Virus record (IMG/VR): IMGVR_UViG_3300046170_000454
Span: 8,040 to 72,039 of that record
Length of the DNA: 64,000 nt
Strand: one strand, 5' to 3'
Source: a virus
Taxonomy: Duplodnaviria > Caudoviricetes
Part shown: piece by piece, positions 1-11,100 of the stretch
Layout: each line of letters begins with the position of its first letter
Numbering within the stretch: position 1 is the stretch's first letter
The notes under the pieces: model-generated
Told to the model about the DNA's origin: nothing
The model's input: only the letters and a program-made list of their open reading frames with translations
Databases searched by the model: none
Program-made: the position numbers and the translations under genes

Positions 1-238
1 GGCAGTAGTCCTCAACCTTATCAAGGAGGCTAGACTCACCGATCTTGTCAGCTTTTGTGAGCCCTTTCCAGCCCCTCTCAACATTCCTTAAAATGTCCTT
101 TTTCAGTGTACATGAGCATCTCACCACTTGCGGTACGGGATTTTCTTTGTTTGAGGAGTCGTAAAACCCTCTCCCTCCGCATTTAGGGCAGTTAGGTAGC
201 CCGTCGCCTCTTGACCATTCAGGCTCTTCGTAAATCAT
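1..238 (-). CDS. Partial gene running off the window start; Zn-finger N-terminus resembling DnaC/IstB-like replication helicase loaders
   Basis: Not in the ORF track. ATG at 238 with GAGG RBS upstream. Translates MIYEEPEWSRGDGLPNCPKCGGRGFY...VVRCSC with no stop to the edge. The CxxCxGxG...CxC pattern is typical of DnaC/IstB-type N-termini; the ATPase part is not visible. Confidence 0.5.
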   Translation of the reverse strand, partial: MIYEEPEWSRGDGLPNCPKCGGRGFYDSSNKENPVPQVVRCSCTLKKDILRNVERGWKGLTKADKIGESSLLDKVEDYC

Positions 239-321
239 GTTGTCCTCTCTTTTACACTACTTGTGTATGAGCATATACACTATATGCTCCAAAAGAGGGC
301 TCAACACAATCAAAGACTAGG

Positions 322-1935
322 TTACTTAAGAGCGTCCTCCGTCAAAGCATCGAACAAATCATTAAGCTCACTGCTGGTTTCAATAAGCTCGCCTTGCTTC
401 GCGCTCCCGTTATCTTCGTCACCTTTGATACGCTTACCTAAGACGCTCTCTACAAGCCCCATCTTAGTGTTGAGCACTTGCATAACTCTCACATCAATAG
501 TGCTTCGGCATACTAGATGAATAGCGAAACACCGATCTTGAGTTGAGCCGATACGGATCATGCGCCCTAATAGCTGTAGGTAATCTCCAGCGCTCCACGG
601 AGTGTCATAGAAGACAATCGCTCTTGCGGCTTGCAGATTTACCGCTTCTGCGGCGGCTGATGTGATTAAGATTACATCAACCCCTGAGTCTACGTTTTGA
701 AAGAGTTTTTGAGATTTAGCCCGCCCGTCTTCCGACTCCGCCCCTGTTATACGACAAGTCTTAATTTTTTTCTTCTCTAAGGTCTTCTCGATGATGTCTA
801 CCATCCGTCTAAACCTAGAGAATACAATAACCTTTTCGCCTGCAAAGTCTCCTTCGTTGAGGAGCTCTACAAGAGTATCCAACTTTTCAGATTTGCCGTC
901 AACGTCGATCAACTCAGGGTGATTTACTATCACTTGACAGTAAGTCACAGCGGTGAGCTTCGTAACTTCTTTCTCTTCTGCCTCATCGCCTCTGCCAACT
1001 CCGAGAATGCCTGTCAGAGCCTCTTTATACTTTTCTTGCTGTATACGGCTCATCCCGCACTTAATGACACGCTTGGTTAAAGGGGGGAGCTCTGAAGCGA
1101 CCTCAAACTTAGGTCGGCCTAAGAAATACGGGTCGATCTTCTCCCTAAACTCTTGAATGTCTTTGGGGCGATACCCGACGATGACAGGTATCTGTCTCCT
1201 AGACCCAGGTAAGCTCTGCATACGCGTTATGCAGTAGTGGTTTAGGAAGTTGTTCTTGTTCCCAAATAGATTAGGGACAATCACTTTGTAAATACCCCAA
1301 CCTTCAATCAGGTTGTTTTTGATCAACGTAGCTGTGAGCGCCCAAGACCTGCTCGCGTTCTTAGACAAATGGGCGCAGACTTGGTGGCATTGGGTAGAGG
1401 GGTTTTTGAAAGCCGTGGCTTCATCAAAAACCATAATATGATCACGTAGGTCTTGATAGTGCTCAAAATCGCCTATGGCGCTCCGATAGCCCATTACCAT
1501 AGCCACAGGGCCTTCTGTGTTGAAAAATCGCTCACGCGCCTTTGCACGCTTCTTAGGAGTACCTTTACAGGAGAAGGCTGTGATCCCCGTTGTAAACTTC
1601 TCAAACTCACCTACCCACTGCTCCACAGCAGACTTATTAGTGAGGATAATCACTTTAGTCTCAGGCTTCTTCTCCCATACGAAACAGAGGCTGGCGATAG
1701 ATTGAGCGGTCTTACCAAGACCCGTATCGTCACCGAGAAGAAAACGGTTCATCGCTACGAGGTGGAGCACTCCCTGTACTTGATAGTAGCGTAGATTAAA
1801 GTCTACCTCAGTGCCGTTTGCTAAGATCAGCTTGTCTCTTAGGTAAGCGGGCTTTCGGCTCTTAAGGTCTTTACGTTCCCTGATTTTCTTCAGTTTCTCA
1901 TACGTTGGCAATAGATGTTCATCTACAGTCGCCAT
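322..1935 (-). CDS. SNF2-family (SF2) helicase/ATPase
   Basis: LRYYQVQG Q-motif, LLGDDTGLGKT motif I, VFDEAT motif II, ALTATLIKN motif III, KVIVFSRF, AVNLQAA, DTPWS...QLLGRMIRIG motif VI. GGAGGAG RBS. Confidence 0.92.
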   Translation of the reverse strand: MATVDEHLLPTYEKLKKIRERKDLKSRKPAYLRDKLILANGTEVDFNLRYYQVQGVLHLVAMNRFLLGDDTGLGKTAQSIASLCFVWEKKPETKVIILTNKSAVEQWVGEFEKFTTGITAFSCKGTPKKRAKARERFFNTEGPVAMVMGYRSAIGDFEHYQDLRDHIMVFDEATAFKNPSTQCHQVCAHLSKNASRSWALTATLIKNNLIEGWGIYKVIVPNLFGNKNNFLNHYCITRMQSLPGSRRQIPVIVGYRPKDIQEFREKIDPYFLGRPKFEVASELPPLTKRVIKCGMSRIQQEKYKEALTGILGVGRGDEAEEKEVTKLTAVTYCQVIVNHPELIDVDGKSEKLDTLVELLNEGDFAGEKVIVFSRFRRMVDIIEKTLEKKKIKTCRITGAESEDGRAKSQKLFQNVDSGVDVILITSAAAEAVNLQAARAIVFYDTPWSAGDYLQLLGRMIRIGSTQDRCFAIHLVCRSTIDVRVMQVLNTKMGLVESVLGKRIKGDEDNGSAKQGELIETSSELNDLFDALTEDALK

Positions 1936-1995
1936 GCCGACTCCTCCTTGAGGTTAAGTGTTATAGGGCTATACCTATACACTATCTCTCAAAGA

Positions 1996-4900
1996 TTAGG
2001 GCAAATATGGAGCAGGCTTTGTGTTTAGGTACTTCTGCTCATCGTCAGTCTGCTTGAGCATGGGGAGCCCCTGAATTCTATACCTTTCGGCGCTTGAGAA
2101 GCCCTCACCGAACCCTGACGGGGAGATTACGCCGTTAAGATTAAGTCCGTCAGTCTTAACATTAGCACCTCCGAATACCGCCCCTGTTAAGATTACGAGC
2201 TGGAGCTCGCCTCCGTAGCTTCTCTCAGAGCCTGGGTGATCTGAGGCAAACGCAGTCTCTTTATAGTTTTGTACCAAGAGCGCCTTCCCTGCGACAATCT
2301 TACCTTTAAGGATAGGGCTCGCGGAAGAAGGGAAGTTGCCCGCAGACCAAGAAATAGGGCCACCTGGGTTTTCGCCTGACAACAGAAAAGCTGACCCTCC
2401 ACGGTGGGTACGGTACACTGTAGACAGCTCCGAGTATTGGTTCTCTGCACCATCACACATACCGATCACTGTACCCGACTCGCCTAAGAAAGAGGTATAC
2501 TCATCGCCTGTCCCCGTAAGAGGTGTGTTAGCGAATACAGACTTAGTGAGAGAAGGCTCTATCACAAGTGACGATGCGCCGTTTTGAACAGGGTCTTCGG
2601 ATAAGAAATCTGAGTCAAAGATAAGCGCACCTAAGGGTAACTGCTCAGTGCAACCGCTTAATGAAAGAGTGCTGTTTCCGCTACCTCCGTTAAGCGCAAC
2701 TCTCGGTTCGATAAAGTCATAGCTGGTCGTCAGGTAGGTGTTTGCAGAGAGTAGGTCGCCTACCCCCCTAACAATGCCAAACGTCGGCGGAGCTAGAGTG
2801 CTAAAAGTGAATGGGTCTAGTAGCCTAAGCGGTAGCACGTTTGATTGGTCTGCCCCTCTCTTAACATCAAAAGAGACGGACATTCCTCTAACTTCTGAGG
2901 TAACTTTTATAATGTTACCAAGCGCAACAGCTTGGATGGGGAAGCCCTCAGTTACGCGTTGGAGGTTAATCCCACTAGCTAAGACTGAGCAGGCATACGC
3001 TTCGTCAAGAGCCGACCCTCCGAGATTACCGTCCAAGATAGTGTCTTCGGACAAGATCACCGTCATCGTCTGAGAGCCCACCGTAAACACAAGATTAATA
3101 AGGTTAGTAGGGTCGGCCTGTAAGTAAAGCTGTAGCCCCACGAAGAATTCTCCAAAGCTAATCGCTATCGCAGGCTTGAGGTCTGTAGCAGATCCCTTCG
3201 TTTGACTAAACACATTCATCGAGGTCATCGAGCCCTCGTAAGCTGACCCTACGTTGTGTGCGCAGTCAAGCACTGTGCCTTCGTAGAAAGAACCTCCGAC
3301 TTTGCCTGTGCCTAGCGTAGTGTAGAAGTCAGCAGAAGCGAGGACTCTCAAAGCTCTAAGGTTAGGTGTCTCTATCTTATCGCTTCCGTCAGCGTTAAAC
3401 TGAGTTAGAGGGATATTGAGAGAGTCGTGGTTTTCTTCACTGAGTCTGCCGTACTTGACAGAGAAGTCTCTCTTCTGTGCCGTAGTGATCCCTGAGGTAA
3501 AGTAAGGGTCGCCTTGGTAAACAAGCCTTGAATAGCCTACGTAAGTCTGTGTCCCGTTAGGGGCTGGAGCGTAGATAGCCATTGGCACGTTTACAAACTC
3601 TAGAGTGTTATTAAGGAGTGTGCTGTCTACAGCGTCGTTCTGATTTACATCTAGGATTTGCACCCCTGCGCCGTTAACATTACGAGCGAGGATGAGGTTG
3701 TTCTTGTTAATGAACCCGCGAGCAAAGCCAAACACTACACACTCAACGACATACTCGTAATCCTCAAAGTTAGGTGCTGAGGAGTCGTAGTTTACAGCTC
3801 TTGTATGGTCGATTACATTAGCAGGGATAATGTAAGTGTGGTCGTCAGCGTTCCCAGTATAGTCTTCAGCACCTCCCTGATTAATAAACAACGTCTGCTT
3901 GTCAGCATCGAGGCGGAGCAAGTTTCTTACGACGCCGTTAGCGCCGTTGGTCTTAGGAGTAATTCGGTCTGCTTCAAATGCACCTATCGTATTGTCGCCA
4001 ATCTTAGACTCGTACTCAGAACGCTCATAGACACCATAAAGCCTTGCTATTCCATAATGAGGAGGGAGCTCTATACCCTTCAAACCAATGCCGACATCAG
4101 AAGACCGCACACTTGAAGAGGAGAAGCTACGCGCTTGGACACAGGGATGGGCAGGCCCTCCTGTTGTGCCAGCTTCCCCATAAGAAAGACCTGAGTTAGG
4201 GCTCGTAATAAACAAGATAGGCTGTACAAGATTACCGCCACCTGCAACATTAGGCTCCCCGCCAATAAGATTAAACACCACATTAGCAGGGTCGGTGTTA
4301 TCTGAGAACAGATGGTGTAGCCCGCCTAACACAGGGTCAGTGTCGCCTGTGCGCTGGTGGAGAGGTATGTCTTGCCTACCGAACTTGGGCATACACACTG
4401 AAGGAACATCCACACCCATTGTCTTCAAGTTAGTGAATATGCCCTTAGGGTCTTTAGGATTACCGTTAGGGTAGTTGAGATCCCCTATAAGGCTCGCCGT
4501 TGAGAGAACCGAGTCATAAGAGAGCGCCTTTAAGCTCATGAGCTTTCTTTGAAGGGGCTTAAAGACAATCGTCTTACTGCCTTTGTCCACGAAAAGCTCT
4601 GAGTCTCGACTCTGTTCAGTGAAACCAAATACCTCACCACCCATTGAAGGGGCTCTCACTGTCTCAAGACCTAATGAGGGTAGGGCGTTCCACGTCTGCA
4701 CACCATGTGGGCTGTAGACTCGTTCGTTGGTGGGCGCAGGCGCGTTGGTAGAGAAACTGCTGTCGATGTCTGAAGCGACGTTTCTTATAAACCCTGTGCC
4801 TCCATTTTTAATGTTAACTGCGAAGAGGTCTTTCGGCCTACGCGCCATGCCCGCACGCGCTTGCGCGTACATGAGCGTGGTGGTGAGCTCGATCTTTGAG

Positions 4901-7395
4901 TTAATAGGGAAAGTCGTCAAAGGATTAGAACTACCTCCGCTAATCTTATCGTCCGTAAACCAAGTCCTACTGAGTTTGTCATTAATGTCAGTAAGCCCGA
5001 TCACCACTGACCCGATCCCACTGTTGAAGCCTCCACCGTCATCAAACCCTAGGTATTGGCTTCTAATCTCAAAGGTAAGCGTTTTGCCCGTCAGCGGGGA
5101 GAACCCTGTATTTAAGTTGAAGTTAGTTGAAAGCGGGATCAGCTCAGCGAATGTGTTACCCACAGAGTGAGGCTCTACGAAGTTGCTTAGTCCTACTATA
5201 CGGAATACACCGTTATTGTCCTCAGACGCATCATCGCCCTTCAAGACTAAATACAAGATCGACCCTAGCCCTGAAAGGTCTTCACCTTTTCTTGTGAGAG
5301 CCTCAAAGAGAGTCTGACGGCCTCCTAATATAGGTAAGTCGCGGATAGAGTCGAAATCAATACCGAGATCAACTGAGAACCTACCTGTTTGGGGGTCTAA
5401 ATGGATGTTCGTCAACGAGGCCGAAGCCGCGTTACCTCGCAAAGTGTTATGGACAAGCCCGCCGAGGACAATGAAAGGATACTCAAAGTTGTACTTAGCT
5501 AGAGGGTATAGATAGCCGTTGTAAGAAGAGCCTTCGACGTTGTTTACGGTGGTAGACTCCACAGAGGTAAACTTGATCTTAAAGGGGTGAGAGAGCCCGA
5601 CTTCTTTCTCCATTTCCCAAGGCGCTACAAAGCGCACCTCTTTAGTAGACCCGTCTCTAAATGTGCCACGCGCTCCATCTGTACCGTCCTCTCCTCCAAG
5701 GTAGAGGTTAATGAGTGTACCGTTCTTGAAGCCAGGTGTACCGCCCTGATTGATGTTGTTCCACCAACCGTCAGGTTTGAAGTCTGCGCCGATGTCCCAA
5801 ACCGTGTTGGTGTCATATTGACCCGACACCGCGCCCGCGTTGAGGTTAGGGTCATTGTCGATCAGTAGAGTCACATCGCTTTGGAAGTGCGCGGTGTCAG
5901 AGAAGATGGTGCGGATACCATCTGCCCCGTCGAGCATATCAGCGCCCTCAATGTTAATGTTAGAGTCATTATCAAGGACTGACACCTCAGTCGTATATAC
6001 TCCCTCAGTATCGCCTCCTGACCCGCTCGTCTTGAAAGCAGTGGTGAGGTCATTTTTTAAGAGTCTAGTCAAATTGTGTGTGAGGAGCTGGGTGTAATCC
6101 CAACCGCGTAAGCTCACACCTCGTCTGAGATCAAGGATATCTCTCTCAGTGATTTGATCAGAATAGACACCATCAGGCCGAGTGTTGTAGAGCTCCAACG
6201 CAGACTCCCCGTTATGGAGAGAAGAAATTGTCGCCGCTCGCGCTCTGCTAATCACGTTTACCGTAGGAGGAGTGACTGAGGTGTCTACATTATCAATCTC
6301 TATAATCTCACCGTTAATCTTAAGGAAACGGGAGTCTGAGAGATTGAAAAAATTGTCGTCTGCGAGGAACGTGCCTTCAACGGACTGCTCTGAGACACCA
6401 TTAGAGACTCTACCTACTTGAAGAGCACCTGTGTCCTCGACACCAAGAGATGAGATTGTACGCACCTCATAAAGCTCACCCGCGCCTATCCTCGGATCGG
6501 CTAACTCAGAAACGCTTGGTTTGCGGTTAGTAGCCCCGTTATGGTTAGGGCTACCGTTCGTAGATACTGCTACGAACGCAGAGCTATTACGCCTAAAGAT
6601 AGCGCACACGGGGATAGCGTAAGAATAACCGTCAACAGTGCCGAGATCATTAGAGGTATTACCATCACCAGCTCTCCAAAGAGAAGCGTCTCCAAGCTCC
6701 TCACACATATTGTTAAATATGAAGCCACCTGCGCTCGTAGCAGTACCCTGCGCCCTAATATTAGGGTCATCGAGTCCGTCAACGTAAACACCCAAATCTA
6801 CTCCTGAGCCTCCGCCTTGACCGAACCCATAAACGCGTAGGCGGTATTGGACTTGGACGCGCTTTGTTGTCTCAAAGGCAACGCTAGGATCAGTGAGGTC
6901 ATCGGTGAGATTATCTCCACCGTACTCTACATTACCGTAGCGGTAGATACGGTCTTGGCTGGGTTTATTTGCACTGTCAGGGTTTGGAGACACAAGCGCC
7001 TGCCATGCTTCTAAGAAAACGAAGTCTATGCGGGAGTCGCTTGTAGGAGGGGGGTTGAGCTTTATCGCGTTTAAGAGATTATCAGTTGCCGTTCCGCAGA
7101 CAGGGATGACCCAGCCGTTAACATTAGCCGTAAGCGGGCTACCCTCTTGACCTAAAAGGAAGAGATTACTGTAATGAGCACTGGTGCTGTAATCAGCTTT
7201 TGTATTTGTAGGGTCTAAGAAGAAACCTGATGGGGCGCTACTCCTGACGTGGCTTGTAAGATTATCCCAGCTCACCTGACCCATATAGTTTAGCTCAGAG
7301 TCGAGAGGAGGTTTGCCCTCTTGCCAAATCACATTACTGAACTGTCGATTAAAGTTTTCGAGGACTCTGCTAACACCACTGCCGAAGTTTATCAT
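1996..7395 (-). CDS. Large virion structural protein (baseplate/tail-fibre associated), DUF6519-like N-terminus
   Basis: 1799 aa, G/S/T/N-rich. N-terminal VIWQEGKPPLDSELN motif. Paralogous to 12785-16282. Lies in the baseplate operon. Confidence 0.6.
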   Translation of the reverse strand: MINFGSGVSRVLENFNRQFSNVIWQEGKPPLDSELNYMGQVSWDNLTSHVRSSAPSGFFLDPTNTKADYSTSAHYSNLFLLGQEGSPLTANVNGWVIPVCGTATDNLLNAIKLNPPPTSDSRIDFVFLEAWQALVSPNPDSANKPSQDRIYRYGNVEYGGDNLTDDLTDPSVAFETTKRVQVQYRLRVYGFGQGGGSGVDLGVYVDGLDDPNIRAQGTATSAGGFIFNNMCEELGDASLWRAGDGNTSNDLGTVDGYSYAIPVCAIFRRNSSAFVAVSTNGSPNHNGATNRKPSVSELADPRIGAGELYEVRTISSLGVEDTGALQVGRVSNGVSEQSVEGTFLADDNFFNLSDSRFLKINGEIIEIDNVDTSVTPPTVNVISRARAATISSLHNGESALELYNTRPDGVYSDQITERDILDLRRGVSLRGWDYTQLLTHNLTRLLKNDLTTAFKTSGSGGDTEGVYTTEVSVLDNDSNINIEGADMLDGADGIRTIFSDTAHFQSDVTLLIDNDPNLNAGAVSGQYDTNTVWDIGADFKPDGWWNNINQGGTPGFKNGTLINLYLGGEDGTDGARGTFRDGSTKEVRFVAPWEMEKEVGLSHPFKIKFTSVESTTVNNVEGSSYNGYLYPLAKYNFEYPFIVLGGLVHNTLRGNAASASLTNIHLDPQTGRFSVDLGIDFDSIRDLPILGGRQTLFEALTRKGEDLSGLGSILYLVLKGDDASEDNNGVFRIVGLSNFVEPHSVGNTFAELIPLSTNFNLNTGFSPLTGKTLTFEIRSQYLGFDDGGGFNSGIGSVVIGLTDINDKLSRTWFTDDKISGGSSNPLTTFPINSKIELTTTLMYAQARAGMARRPKDLFAVNIKNGGTGFIRNVASDIDSSFSTNAPAPTNERVYSPHGVQTWNALPSLGLETVRAPSMGGEVFGFTEQSRDSELFVDKGSKTIVFKPLQRKLMSLKALSYDSVLSTASLIGDLNYPNGNPKDPKGIFTNLKTMGVDVPSVCMPKFGRQDIPLHQRTGDTDPVLGGLHHLFSDNTDPANVVFNLIGGEPNVAGGGNLVQPILFITSPNSGLSYGEAGTTGGPAHPCVQARSFSSSSVRSSDVGIGLKGIELPPHYGIARLYGVYERSEYESKIGDNTIGAFEADRITPKTNGANGVVRNLLRLDADKQTLFINQGGAEDYTGNADDHTYIIPANVIDHTRAVNYDSSAPNFEDYEYVVECVVFGFARGFINKNNLILARNVNGAGVQILDVNQNDAVDSTLLNNTLEFVNVPMAIYAPAPNGTQTYVGYSRLVYQGDPYFTSGITTAQKRDFSVKYGRLSEENHDSLNIPLTQFNADGSDKIETPNLRALRVLASADFYTTLGTGKVGGSFYEGTVLDCAHNVGSAYEGSMTSMNVFSQTKGSATDLKPAIAISFGEFFVGLQLYLQADPTNLINLVFTVGSQTMTVILSEDTILDGNLGGSALDEAYACSVLASGINLQRVTEGFPIQAVALGNIIKVTSEVRGMSVSFDVKRGADQSNVLPLRLLDPFTFSTLAPPTFGIVRGVGDLLSANTYLTTSYDFIEPRVALNGGSGNSTLSLSGCTEQLPLGALIFDSDFLSEDPVQNGASSLVIEPSLTKSVFANTPLTGTGDEYTSFLGESGTVIGMCDGAENQYSELSTVYRTHRGGSAFLLSGENPGGPISWSAGNFPSSASPILKGKIVAGKALLVQNYKETAFASDHPGSERSYGGELQLVILTGAVFGGANVKTDGLNLNGVISPSGFGEGFSSAERYRIQGLPMLKQTDDEQKYLNTKPAPYLP

Positions 7396-7412
7396 TTTAA
7401 GCGCACCCTTTA

Positions 7413-8144
7413 TTAGTACATGAAGCCGAAGGCGTTTAAGTAAACGTCTCTCGATGTAGACGTGTTAATAAAGAGAAATTGAATAGAGGTGCTAGAGGCT
7501 GGCGCAGTAAAAGCACTGAGGTGCGTTATTTCTTGCCAAAAAGCCCCGCCGTCTGTCGAAGCATAAGCCTGAAGGTCGCTAGGCTCTAATCTTTGGTAGG
7601 TCTTAACAACGGGCGTATTATTCGTCTCTGACTCATGGCTCAGATCGAATGTGTGAGCTTCCCAATAAGGAAGGAATACATCTGCGCCAAGAGGGACATC
7701 AGCAGAGATGTCTATAGCATTTGTTAAGAATACCCCATTGACGCGCTCTGTTGACCCGCCCCATGCAGTAATATCAATCGCTCTCAAGAGCTTGGTGTTG
7801 TTCGGAGTCTCGCTTTGCTGGCATCTTGTTTGATACTCGGTAATAGCGGGAAAAACACCTACTTGAGCAGTAGAAGAAGTATCTATCACGTCAAGGTCTG
7901 AGCTAGAGGAGAGGGGGTTAAAATACTTGTACGAAAGCCCTGAAGAAGCTCTAAGCTCCTCCATCATAAGGCTCTTTAAGTCCCCTCCGTCTACAGGATA
8001 GGCGTAGCTATCACTCGTAATATCTGTTTCGATACCATCAGGGCTTTCGATCACGTATTTACCGTTGACGACCACCTCTTGCCTCGTTGAAAAGGCTTGT
8101 ACGATCTGACCGAAGTTTCTTATACCGTCTACGACAATCTGCAT
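7413..8144 (-). CDS. Hypothetical virion protein
   Basis: 243 aa, GGAG RBS, tightly packed in the structural operon. Contains one Asp-box-like STDGGAFW motif. Confidence 0.55.
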   Translation of the reverse strand: MQIVVDGIRNFGQIVQAFSTRQEVVVNGKYVIESPDGIETDITSDSYAYPVDGGDLKSLMMEELRASSGLSYKYFNPLSSSSDLDVIDTSSTAQVGVFPAITEYQTRCQQSETPNNTKLLRAIDITAWGGSTERVNGVFLTNAIDISADVPLGADVFLPYWEAHTFDLSHESETNNTPVVKTYQRLEPSDLQAYASTDGGAFWQEITHLSAFTAPASSTSIQFLFINTSTSRDVYLNAFGFMY

Positions 8145-8156
8145 ATTAAACTCTCC

Positions 8157-11100
8157 TTAGAGTGTAGTTGAGGTCAAAACTTTGACGCCGACGATACCAA
8201 CATTGTCGAACACGGATGAAGTCGTCTGCTCAAATACATAACCTGTTGCTTTTGAGTTTTCGTTAATCTCGATCTTCATTAGGACAGGAGTCTCTCCCCA
8301 AAAGTTAATCTTAGCGCCAACTCTTCTTAGGATGTAAGGATTAATAAAGAGCCCAGGCAAGAGCACTTTAAGATCAACGTACCTAACAGGGAAGTTAGTG
8401 CGGTCTAAAACCTCTATCCCCTCTGCGGAGTCAACAAGGCAAGCTGTGCCGTTTTGAGTGCTCGCATCCTCAATAAAATCGAACATTAGATTACGGTCAG
8501 AGGAGACTGTAAAGGTGGACGTTGCATCTAGCCATGCGGTTTGACCTGGGACTTTAAAGAAAATCCCGTAGCTTGATAGTTCCGCTAAACTAATACCATA
8601 AATTCTGAATGCGCGCTCTTGAGGGAGCTGAGTTGTAAGATTAGGTATGTCTGCGAGAGTCGCAGAGGTGTTAATATTATCAATGTACCACTGAGCAAAC
8701 GTCGGGCAGTAATCTGATTTCTGTTGTGTGGTATAGTCTATCCAACTGTTTGTGTTGGTAAAACCAACATCAAAAGCTCTCACATAGGAGTGGAGTCCTG
8801 TCCGACTGCTGTAATCAGGCTGAGCTCCAAGATCATTGTGGTAGTCGAAACCTCGGATAGGTCGAGCACTAGACAGGTCTTCTGAAGGGTAGATCAAGCG
8901 ACCTCTTTGGAGAGTCGGGTCACACGTCATGTCTGTTGAATGCGGGTTTAGATTAGGTAGCCCTGCAACCTGAAGCTCGTCAGAAGGCAACTCAATATGA
9001 GAGTCGTTGGCTAGGAAGCCTACGCGAGACATAAAGTTAATACCCATAGACCCTGCAAAGTCTACCAACTGAGTGCGCGGAGTGGTGTAACCTACCTCAA
9101 CGCCTGTTGTGCCAGCCGCTAAGTCATGGTCTGCTTGAGTCCAATCTTTCTTCCAAGCAAAAGAAGGGTCGGTGACCAAGGCAGTCGTAGAGTCGGCCTT
9201 GGCATAAGTGCCGAAGTGGTAGAGAGTTTTAGAAGTACCTGCAAGGTAATCTGTAAAGTTACCTGTCCCTGCTACAAACGTACCTGTAACATTCACAAGA
9301 AAAGCAACGCTAGGGTCTGTTGAGGTGAGGGCTATCATGTAGGGCTCATCGTGTAGGAAATCTGTACCTCTTACAGCCTTTAAAGGATAGGAGTTTGTTG
9401 TAATCAACTCTTCCAAAGTTTCGATGATATCTTCTACAGTGTTTTCAATATTTGCCCCGTGTGTCTGAAACTCTCCAGTGGCTCTGTTAGGAGCTCCTGC
9501 TACCGCTGTTATAGTTAGCACGCCAACCCCAAACTTAACCGTCATAGAGTCCCCTGGCACGATAGCATCAGCTACGAAGAAAGCAATTCCTTCCTCTTGA
9601 GCATCTGCGAAAGGATCATTGTCTATACGTCTTTGATACTCAAAGGTAGCACTGAAATAACCGCTTTCATTTGCAGAAGCAGGATCGTGCGAGAAGTTAT
9701 TTAAGATAGGTCTTAGTGCCGTCTGAAACTTTTGATAGAGATAAGCACCTGGCACTGTAGTCTCATATCCTGATGGGTATGATACCTCAAAGCTACTATG
9801 GTTAATCACTAAATAGTTATTAAACGCGTCTAGGAAGCTCTTAAACATTAGCCCCATGTACTTGTTTGACCCGTCTTCAGTAGCGTGAGTAGAGGGCTTC
9901 TCTACCCCATTTAGCTCACCGTAAGCCACAACAACCCTACCTGCTGAGTCTAATCTACTTGCTGTAATATCTAAGTCATACCCAAGGTGGATGTAGAACG
10001 GGTCTAACGACTTAGCATTAGTGTCTGTTAAAGTGACTTTTACACGGTCTAATATGCCTGGAGTCACGTATGAGACAGGAGGGTATGCCTCAGGACGTTT
10101 AAACTCAAAAGAGCCTTGAGAGAGAAGGTAGTTTAACCCTAACAACTCATACGTTGAGTAAGGGTCTTCTCCATCAGCAGGGGAGTAGAAGGGGCGTACA
10201 GGCAAGTAGAACGGCTTCCTACCAAAAGTGGGGTCTTCTTCTGTTAGCGCATTAAAGGACATCGCGTAGCTGTTAAGGCTTAACTTTCTCTCAGCGAGGT
10301 CTTGTCCTATCGCTAGGAAGAAAGGTAGGGTCTGATAACCTTGTTGTACCCCATAATCATTAGTAAGGCTCGACTGTAAACGGTACGTCTCATCAAGGAA
10401 GCGCTCCTCGGAGTCTTTTTCCGCGCTGAATAGGGAAGGTAGCGGAGCTCCTAAAGTATAAACCTCTTCTTCGGCTATCGGGCTAATGTTAGTCCTCAGC
10501 ATGGGCTTAGTGTAATCAGCCACGCGACTGCTACTCGTCAACAATACGAGAAAGTTGCCGTAATGGGTGTCTACGTCGTAGTTGATCGCCGCTGGGTCGA
10601 TCTCAGAGTTGATCTTAAACTTGCCTGAGAACACCAAACTCTGATTTATCGTGAAAGAAGGCAAATCAGAGTGACTAAGCTCTATTAAGTCAATCGCGGT
10701 GTCCTCACCGACCCTCACGTTATCACCATGCCTGTGGATACCGATCTTAACCTTAGCGTCTGAAGAAACAACTGGCGCTCCTCCATCAGAAGACAGGTAA
10801 AGATGCTTATAGTTTGTGAACGTCGTGTTTACATCCGTAGGCTCCGCAGTATGACTAAGGAGAGAGCCTTGCTCCACAATAAGATGTGAGCCGTGTGTTT
10901 CACCGTCCCCTTTGAAAGTGCCGAGCTGACTGCCGTCAAAAGAGCTAGGTAGGTCAACCGTTTCAGTGGCGCTTACAAGGTCACTTACACTCTTGGGGGT
11001 AGTATTGATGCCAAGTAGTCCGAAAGCTCCTGTTGAGAAGAAACCTGGGCTCTGACCTCGGCTGTTCAACCAATCCGTCTTAACCGTGTCGTAAAAGGTA